DNA of 64,000 nucleotides, taken from NCBI GenBank assembly GCA_018823045.1, contig JAHJIX010000002.1, positions 846-64,845 of the forward strand. The letters run 5' to 3'. A program made the translations under genes and the position numbers. How positions within the stretch are numbered: position 1 is the stretch's first letter; each line of letters opens with the position of its first letter. The notes below the pieces were generated by a model. That model saw nothing but the letters and a program-made list of their open reading frames with translations. It did not search any database and was not told the DNA's origin. This DNA comes from Patescibacteria group bacterium. Its GTDB lineage: Bacteria > Patescibacteriota > Patescibacteriia > Magasanikbacterales > UBA922. Below are positions 11,970 through 20,000 of the stretch, one piece after another.

Positions 11970-13238
11970 TCATTTTTTCTTATAATTGAGTAGTTGTTTT
12001 GTTAAATCATCTACTTCATCTTTTAATTTTCGCATTTTTAATTCTCTTCCAATCATAAATTTATTTAACTTTTCTAAATCATTCATTTTGCCTTTTACTA
12101 TTTCTTCTTGTTTCTTTTTTTCTGTAATATCTACAAAACTTTCTATTCCACCGACAATACCCCCCTGTTCATTATATAAATAATCAACGTTTTTTTCTAT
12201 CCAGAGTAACTCACCTGTTTTCGTCTTAATAGAACATTCTTTATTAAGTATTGGCTTTATTTCTTTATCATTATATAATCCACATTTTTCTCTACATGGC
12301 CCTACAGCAAATGTTTTGCAACTTTTTCCTAATACCTCTTCTTGAGAATACCCGGTAATTTCTTCTGCATGTTTATTCCAAGACAATATATGTTGCTCTT
12401 TATCGACAGTAAAAATAGCTGTTGGTATGAAATTCACGATACTTTCAATGCGTTTATGCTCTTCAAATAATTCTTTCTTTGTTTGATCTCTTTCTAAAAT
12501 AATAGCAAACTGATGAGCCGCGGCATGCAACATAAATTCTTGATTAACATCCCAGTTTCTTGCATGACGACAGTCATCGACTCCAACAAACCCCCACCAA
12601 CTTTCTTCAATAAATATAGGAACAACAAGTATAGACTCAATTTTCTGTGGAGTAAATAATTTTTTTTCTCCTACTGAAAAATCTTTTTTATTTTTTGCAA
12701 TTGATTTTCCACTTGATAATACATTTATCCAATGCTTTAAGCCTAAATCAAGAAAAGAGACATCTTTCACATATGATGCACCTTCTTGAGAACTTACCCC
12801 TTTTGCAGTCCATTCAGCAATCTGAGATGTTATAATCTTATTATTTTTTCCAACTCCATTTTTAAATATATATACCCTACTAACGTCAATTCCCATACCC
12901 AACAAAACAAGTAGCTCTTTGATATTTTTTTTTGTTACTCCCTCTAACATAAAAATACCAAAAAATTTCACCAATTGACGAAACAGTGTCATTTCTTTTT
13001 CTTGAAGCGTTTTTTGTTCTATAATATCATTTAGTTGCTTTAATACTATGTTTATTTTTTTACTCGCAAGTGCAACCGTATTTCTTTTTTTTGTTTGAGC
13101 AAATAGAGGAAGAGCTTGATTCTTTTTTATATATGTATCTAAAGAACAGATATGCTCCGATATCTGTTCATATGTTTCTATTTCTTTTTTATTTTTAGGA
13201 ATAGAAGACTTTTTTATTGTTTTTTTTGTGACAGACAT
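11970..13238 (-). CDS. GAF-PAS signalling protein with C-terminal coiled coil (no transmitter domain)
   Basis: Central GAF-like region ('...VVPIFIEESWWGFVGVDDCRHARNWD...') followed by PAS-like ('FTVDKEQHILSWNKHAEEITGYSQEEVLGKSC...') and a K/E-rich coiled coil. Confidence 0.55.
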   Translation of the reverse strand: MSVTKKTIKKSSIPKNKKEIETYEQISEHICSLDTYIKKNQALPLFAQTKKRNTVALASKKINIVLKQLNDIIEQKTLQEKEMTLFRQLVKFFGIFMLEGVTKKNIKELLVLLGMGIDVSRVYIFKNGVGKNNKIITSQIAEWTAKGVSSQEGASYVKDVSFLDLGLKHWINVLSSGKSIAKNKKDFSVGEKKLFTPQKIESILVVPIFIEESWWGFVGVDDCRHARNWDVNQEFMLHAAAHQFAIILERDQTKKELFEEHKRIESIVNFIPTAIFTVDKEQHILSWNKHAEEITGYSQEEVLGKSCKTFAVGPCREKCGLYNDKEIKPILNKECSIKTKTGELLWIEKNVDYLYNEQGGIVGGIESFVDITEKKKQEEIVKGKMNDLEKLNKFMIGRELKMRKLKDEVDDLTKQLLNYKKK

Positions 13239-13305
13239 AACAACATACTCAAATGTTTACACACAGTAACATACACAGAATATATTATTCTGTGTATAAA
13301 TACCA

Positions 13306-13809
13306 TTAGCGAACAACACTAATTTCAGTAGTAGAGCCTTCTTCTTCACAAGAACGAATGGTAATAATACCAACAGCATCTTTTTGCAAAGTATATCCTG
13401 TTGTTGATGCACTCCATGTTCCATCACCATTTGGACTAATAGGTACTTGGCCTAAATATCCTTGAGTAACTAAACCACCCAAATCAAGACAGGCTGCTTG
13501 TGTTGGATCTGTTGTACAATAATCAATGACTGGAGCTCCTGTTGCTCCTGCGGCACAATCTCCAATTAAATAGACTTGTCCTGCAGTTGCATCTGCAATT
13601 GCAGTTAAGTATGGTCCTTGGTTATCTACCTGGTCAATTTTAATTGCATTTGCGAGTTCAGCAATGTCAGACCAACGACGTGCATCACGCGCATCTTGAA
13701 ATCGTCTTAATGGATCAAGAGCAACAAATACAACACCTGCGATAATTGCAATAATTGCAATTACAATCAATAGCTCAATGAGCGTAAACCCTTTTTTCTG
13801 CATAGGCAA
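13306..13809 (-). CDS. Type IV major pilin (prepilin; class III signal peptide)
   Basis: 'MPMQKKG|FTLIELLIVIAIIAII' with Gly(-1) and Glu(+5); 4 Cys in C-terminal half; about 50% identical to adjacent paralogue. Confidence 0.8.
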   Translation of the reverse strand: MPMQKKGFTLIELLIVIAIIAIIAGVVFVALDPLRRFQDARDARRWSDIAELANAIKIDQVDNQGPYLTAIADATAGQVYLIGDCAAGATGAPVIDYCTTDPTQAACLDLGGLVTQGYLGQVPISPNGDGTWSASTTGYTLQKDAVGIITIRSCEEEGSTTEISVVR

Positions 13810-13836
13810 AAATAAAAATAAATAAAAATAAATAAA

Positions 13837-14337
13837 CTATCTTGATAATACTATTTCGTCAGCCTGCTCTGATTCACAAGCACGAAGAAATAATGTCCCA
13901 TTATCTCTCTTTTCAATCGTATATCCAGAAAACTCGCTTGTCCATTCTTTTGCTCCCGCAGGACTCACAGGCAAAGAACCCATATACCCTTCAGTTAAAA
14001 AACCAACAAAATTTATACAAGCAGTGACTGCTGGATTTACATCACAATAATTCGTTATGTCCACTGCCGTTGCTCCATTTACACAAGTCCCAATTAAATA
14101 CACAGTACTTGTTGACATTTGCTCAATGACAGCCATATACTCACCATCGTTATCAATTTGATCTACTTTTATTGCGGTCAACATTTCTGATACTTCTTGC
14201 CAACGCACGGCATCACGTGAATGCTGAAAACGAAGTAATGGATTTAAAGCAATAAACATCGCTATCATTATAATACCAATTATTGCAATAACAATCAATA
14301 GTTCTATTAATGTAAACCCCTCTTTTTGCATATACAT
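13837..14337 (-). CDS. Type IV major pilin (prepilin; class III signal peptide), paralogue
   Basis: 'MYMQKEG|FTLIELLIVIAIIGII' with Glu(+5); conserved 'RWxxxxExxxAIKxDQxDNxG' and 'YLIGxC...GAT' blocks shared with 13306..13809. Confidence 0.8.
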   Translation of the reverse strand: MYMQKEGFTLIELLIVIAIIGIIMIAMFIALNPLLRFQHSRDAVRWQEVSEMLTAIKVDQIDNDGEYMAVIEQMSTSTVYLIGTCVNGATAVDITNYCDVNPAVTACINFVGFLTEGYMGSLPVSPAGAKEWTSEFSGYTIEKRDNGTLFLRACESEQADEIVLSR

Positions 14338-14395
14338 TTTCTAAAAATGAGAAACACCTATACTCCTATAATCATTATACTATAGTATAACACAA

Positions 14396-16174
14396 TTAAC
14401 CACCATCAACCACCTGTAATACGACTGTCATCGGGATAAAAAATTCATTATTCTTTTTAAATACCTCTCCATACTCAACAGTAGAAAATGTATATAATAA
14501 TTTCTCTGGTGGCTGTTCTTTTAAATAAATGAATACTTTTTCAAGTAACAAATCAGGATCTGATTCGTATACTAACCAAGTAAACCGTTGTGTACTACTT
14601 GTTGTTTCTACTTGTATAGGATTTTTATACACAACTTCTCCTGCAAAAATTTGATCTTCTACTAATAATTTTGAATCAGACACACTTGTTTGTGTATCAT
14701 CTACAACCAAACGTCCGGGAACACTATATGGCACAGTATCTGTGTCTAAACGTGTATGAATAGGCAATAATCCACTAAATTCTTTTTTAACAATTGTAGG
14801 TAAAAGCTGCGTATGCACTACCGATACCCTTTGACGATAATAATCTCTATACCAAAAAGCAGCAAGCAGTAACAAACCCCCGACAATCAAAACAGTTACA
14901 AGTAACCCAATTTTTCCCCAAGAACTTTCTTCTTTTATGTTGATTGTTTTTCTTTGAGATACAGTAACCTCTAAATCTTTTTCTTTTAAATCATCTAAAC
15001 GAGTAATTTCATCTTTTCCAACATCTACAGATTCTTCGTCTATGGACTCTGAAATCACTTCTAGTTTTTCATTTTTATTTTCTTTCTTTCCTTCTTTTTT
15101 AGACACAATTATTTTTGGAATATCAAACTGAAACCGACTTTCAAATAATGATGTCTTTAAAGCACGACAAGCAAGACCAATTGCTTCAATAAACAACAAT
15201 GGTGTTTGCTTTTCCATATACGGAGATGAAGCAATGCTCGTGGTCTTTTCTAATTTTTTCTCAATATATGGAGCCAAACCACTCATCCGACTAGAGTGCC
15301 CTGCAATAATGATAGTGCCCACAACACTATCGTACTGACTTTCATAATAGGCAAGTGTCTTTTTAATATCAACAATAAGCTCATCTACCTGTTTTTGTAA
15401 CGCAACACTAACCCGATCTTTTTTAACAATTCCTTTTGTTTTTTTCTTTTTTTCAACATCGGCTTTTTTTACTCGAGTAGCCATTGCTGCTTTTGCGGTA
15501 AAATAATTACCTGCAACTTGACTCGTATGGCTAAACGCAAAACCATTTTGATCAACAATATAGATATTACTCGTATATGCCCCAATATCAACAATACAAG
15601 CAGGCTCTTTGGGCATTACAGAAAAAATTCCATTAACCAGTGCCACAGCCTCACTATCAAATGCTACAATTGGAATACGTGCTTTTGTTAACACCCTATT
15701 CCATGCTTCAAATACGTGCTTTTCCATTGCTCCTACTAACACACGAATACCCAATGTTTTATGCTCTTGCAATATAGAATAACTATACAATAATGACTCC
15801 ATCGGAATAGGCATAATTGACGCAATCTCTTTTTTGATATGGCTATCTCTTTGCCTTTTCTTTACCCATGGAATTTGAATAATATGCGTATATACAATTG
15901 CACCCGGTAAACCAATAACAACATTTTTTAATTCAATTTTTTTAGGCTTTGCACGACTAGCAACCTCTTTTAATGCCTCAAGCAATGCCACCTCATCTTT
16001 TACCACCCCACGCTCAAGTACTCCTTCTGCTAATTCAACGCGACCAAAAGAAACAATTTTCATCTTCCCTGCATTTTTTTTCAATAACACAATTTCGATA
16101 TCCCTATCTTGAATATCGAGTCCAATTGCTTTTGAAGAAAAAACACCCATAAAAAAAATTATTCTTGTGTCCAA
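14396..16174 (-). CDS. pilM: Type IV pilus assembly protein PilM (actin-like ATPase) fused to a TM-anchored PilN/PilO-like C-terminal domain
   Basis: N-terminal about 350 aa PilM/FtsA-like ('IGLDIQDRDIEIVLLKK...VDIGAYTSNIYIV'), K/E-rich linker, one TM (LLVTVLIVGGLLLLAAFWY), then an about 160-aa extracytoplasmic domain. Confidence 0.75.
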   Translation of the reverse strand: MDTRIIFFMGVFSSKAIGLDIQDRDIEIVLLKKNAGKMKIVSFGRVELAEGVLERGVVKDEVALLEALKEVASRAKPKKIELKNVVIGLPGAIVYTHIIQIPWVKKRQRDSHIKKEIASIMPIPMESLLYSYSILQEHKTLGIRVLVGAMEKHVFEAWNRVLTKARIPIVAFDSEAVALVNGIFSVMPKEPACIVDIGAYTSNIYIVDQNGFAFSHTSQVAGNYFTAKAAMATRVKKADVEKKKKTKGIVKKDRVSVALQKQVDELIVDIKKTLAYYESQYDSVVGTIIIAGHSSRMSGLAPYIEKKLEKTTSIASSPYMEKQTPLLFIEAIGLACRALKTSLFESRFQFDIPKIIVSKKEGKKENKNEKLEVISESIDEESVDVGKDEITRLDDLKEKDLEVTVSQRKTINIKEESSWGKIGLLVTVLIVGGLLLLAAFWYRDYYRQRVSVVHTQLLPTIVKKEFSGLLPIHTRLDTDTVPYSVPGRLVVDDTQTSVSDSKLLVEDQIFAGEVVYKNPIQVETTSSTQRFTWLVYESDPDLLLEKVFIYLKEQPPEKLLYTFSTVEYGEVFKKNNEFFIPMTVVLQVVDGG

Positions 16175-16569
16175 GACACAATATCTATACCATTGTTGAG
16201 ATCAACTCCAACAACAAGCGTTGTATAAAAATGATCATCAATATCTGCGTTTACAGTTACCGTTTGTAAACCACCTCCATTGTCTACTACTTCTATTATA
16301 CATGAATTTACTCCATCATTCAATGTACTTCCATTATAATTACTGTCTTGTCTTAATTGTTCTAATCCTTCATGTACACAGCCTTCTGCAAATGCTAAAC
16401 TCTCTCTTCCTTGTTGCATGGTGTACCCCATTTCTAAATCATTAATACCCAAAAAAGAAGCAGAAAATGCCATAATAAGCGCAGCAGCTCCTACCACCAC
16501 AACTAAAAGAAGGGCTGCAAATCCACGATGATTAGTGCAAAGCAATTGCGGTTTGAATCGATTGATCAT
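16159..16569 (-). CDS. Putative PilX/ComGG-like minor pilin (hydrophobic N-terminus without Glu+5)
   Basis: '...NHRG|FAALLLVVVVGAAALIMAF' resembles a prepilin leader and TM but lacks E5; start uncertain; overlaps upstream gene by about 40-70 nt. Confidence 0.4.
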   Translation of the reverse strand: MINRFKPQLLCTNHRGFAALLLVVVVGAAALIMAFSASFLGINDLEMGYTMQQGRESLAFAEGCVHEGLEQLRQDSNYNGSTLNDGVNSCIIEVVDNGGGLQTVTVNADIDDHFYTTLVVGVDLNNGIDIVSWTQE

Positions 16570-17056
16570 AGATGAAATCAGGGTCAGTTGTATCGGCATA
16601 ATAATTTGTTGTTATATCAAGTTGAATACTTCCTGGCGTATTTGGAACAGCAATATGATGCAAAAGAAAAGTCTCTAATTGTACTTCAGCACTTGTGATT
16701 ACTACTGCAGGATCTGCTCCTTGTTGAATATATAATCGTCCATTATCTTGATCAAGTGAAAATACGGTTGGATCTTTTGCAACATCATTCATTTGTAAAG
16801 ATAGCACCCCCGGATCACTATCAAACACAGAAGCACCTATATTTATTCCTGAAGCTTCATGCACATGACGCGTAATCACATCAAGAGCAATTCTATTATT
16901 TGCGTGTACTTCTTGCACAACATACGTTTTTGTGCGCGAAGAAGTAACAGCTAAAATAAAAGAGATAAAGGTTACCAATACACCACTAATAATTGCAATA
17001 TACAAAATAGTTTCTACAAATGAAAATCCGCGTTTATTTTGAATGATCTTTTGCAT
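16532..17056 (-). CDS. Minor pilin / pseudopilin (prepilin-type N-terminal cleavage-methylation domain)
   Basis: 'MQKIIQNKRG|FSFVETILYIAIISGVLV' with Glu(+5). Confidence 0.7.
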   Translation of the reverse strand: MQKIIQNKRGFSFVETILYIAIISGVLVTFISFILAVTSSRTKTYVVQEVHANNRIALDVITRHVHEASGINIGASVFDSDPGVLSLQMNDVAKDPTVFSLDQDNGRLYIQQGADPAVVITSAEVQLETFLLHHIAVPNTPGSIQLDITTNYYADTTDPDFIYDQSIQTAIALH

Positions 17057-17057
17057 A

Positions 17058-20000
17058 TTATTTATAATTTACTTGGACACGCTCTAAAATAGGCGTACCC
17101 ACAGTGTCACCATGTAATATCGCTTGATATTGTATCCACCGATCCCCATTATAGACTGTTGGGACAAGCGAACCAATTGCTTCTGTATAAAATGTTCCAG
17201 CCTCATTTATACCGCTCCATGGTGCTGCTGCTAAATTTCCTTGCGTATCGGCTGTTCGAATTTGTAATTGAATAGAACATCCAATACAATTTGAAAATGA
17301 TTCTTCCCAAGTGAGTCCTTGTATTGCACGAGTATTTGCTCCCATATCATATGCAGAAGATATGTATGTTCCAGATAATGCATACGATGCAGGACCTCCT
17401 CCTCCACCAACGGGCGGAATAAACACATCGGGTCGTTCATAATCTACACGCACTTCAGAAAATTGTGGTGTATGAGTTGCATGCTCACTACTTAATACTG
17501 CACGATATTGAAAATATTGCCCATCAGTAATTGCTAAATTATATGATGGAACACCAACAACCCCAGCTTGATCAAAATATGTTCCTCCTGTCCCATCAGA
17601 ACCCGTATAGGCATCTCCAACACACAATACATCATTACAACTTCTTACTTGATATGTAATATTTAATATTCCCCGTCTATAGCGATCAAGAATCTCTTGC
17701 GCAGATAATACACGACTATATAATGCCATTTCATCAAAAGTAGCGACAACGCCATTTCCTACAACAAAATCCTCGTTATTTACTGCTATGTTTTGTGTAT
17801 ATGTCCCAGTAGCGACTTCTACACCATTAATATATAACTTTTGTTGATCAGCAACTTCATCTTTATTATAGGTTAATACAATATGATTCCACCCTGCAGA
17901 TAAAGTAGAAGAAACAACACTATCATTAATAAACGCAGATACATCAGCACTACTTAATGAAAAACCATAGGAGTTATTTTTTCCAATAGCAATATGTACA
18001 TCTCCACCACCAAAACTAAAAGTGCTCACCCACCCATGATTTACAACATCGGTATATGCCCCGAGTAAGAGACCATTTCCTAAAGACAACATATAAGGAT
18101 AGCGTCCATTACTAATAAACTGATATGAATCAACAACTGCATTTCCTATTTGTCCATTATTTTCTATTTCCACCACCTTTAAATACCCATTATTATTATT
18201 TCCGGTATAAAATACAGCATAATTATTATCACTCATATGAACCAGCGAGCTCATTATCGTATTATCGGTATCAAATTCAAGACTATCAATTTCTGCACCA
18301 ATTTGTCCATTAACATCAATCGTTACTGTCTTAATAAACCCATCACTCCCAGAACCTTGATGAGAAATAGCATATACATCTCCACTAATTGCAATAATAT
18401 CAGGATAGCGTCCTTGTGATGTATTATATTCAAACGTATCAATAATACTACCCACAATATTTCCATTATCTTCTATCTCAATTGTTTTAATAAATCCATC
18501 ACTATCTACACCACTATAGACAACCGCAAAAATATTATTTCCTACTTCTATTAAATCAGTTTCAAAACAATCAGTATTATCAAACTCGTAACGATCAATA
18601 TAATTATTTGAAATATTACCCGTAGCACTAATATCTACAGTGGCAAACCACCCATCACTACTATCTCCTCGATAAGAAATAACAAATGTATCTGCATCAA
18701 CAGCTAATACAGAAGGAGACAAACCATTTTTATTATCATATTCCAAACTATCAATTTGATTCCCAATTTGACCATTTGCCTGAATATCAAATGTCTTTAT
18801 CCAACCATCACTTCCTAGACCAGCATACACCACAGCATAAATACTTCCATTTACTTGCACAATTGTTGGTGTCGTCCCATAACTAGTATCAAATTCCTTA
18901 CTAAATAAACTGACAATATTTTGGCCACTTGCATCGACAGAAAATGTTTTCATCCACCCATCATTTCCTGGACCACGATACACAACCGCATACACATCTC
19001 CACTAATATTAATAATTTTTGGATAATATGATTGTGAAGTATCATATTCCAAACTACCAAGCAAACTTTGTTCAATCGTCAATTCACTACTACTATCAGC
19101 ACTATCTTTTATCCACATTTCAATTGTTATATCATCAGAAATATCAAGACTTGCATTATCTGCAATTGTAATGGCGTCACTCCCCCCCTCCAAACGAACT
19201 GCTGTGTCATAGCGTCCGCTTATTTCATATGATAATCCTGTGGCAACTCCATCATTTCCATTACCTGAAGTATCAAGCACATTACCACTTGCTTCATCTA
19301 AATGTAATAAAAAGATATTATTACTCATAGAAATATTTCCTTGTATATACCCTACTTCTGTAGCTCCATTATTTGGTAAAGCAATTCCGTATGGTTCGTT
19401 TGGTACCCAAGAAAAATCTTGCCATGTTGCTGTAGAAGTCACATTAAATACTTCTGAAATATATTCTCCTGTACCATTTACTAAACCTGTCGCATTAAGC
19501 AACACATTTGTTCCATTCCACTCTGTATCATTATATGTTCCTGTATTAAATTCATCTGTCGTATCATCAATAATACTTTCAGCAACCGTTGCAATATTGC
19601 CACATCCTTCTCCAATAGTCACACTGTATAACTTTGGATTAGTCATTTGGTCAATACTTTCAAATGTTGTTTGATATTGAATATACTTACTTTGTGCAAT
19701 GGTACCACTCACTGTTACAGATGGTGTTGTGAGTGTACTATTTAATAATTCAGAAAAATATGTACTATTAGTTCCATCTGGACCAATAAAATTTTCACCC
19801 GCACACAATTCATCATCACAAGAGCGAATCTGATGTGTTAAATTGGCTGCTCCACGAATATAGCGATCTGAAATTTCTTCAGCACTTAATACTCTATTAT
19901 ATATAGCAACTTCATCAAGTGTTGCTCCATCAAGAGCCCATTGACTATTACTTGAAAGAGTCAAGTCGTCAGGAATAATATCAATTGGCCCTGCAACATT

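Noticed and set aside
13810-13836. (aaataaaaat)n-like simple repeat between the pilin genes, considered as a CRISPR or variable-number repeat
   Set aside because: It is too short and irregular, with no spacer structure. It is most simply an AT-rich intergenic region holding a ribosome-binding site and promoter for the downstream pilin.
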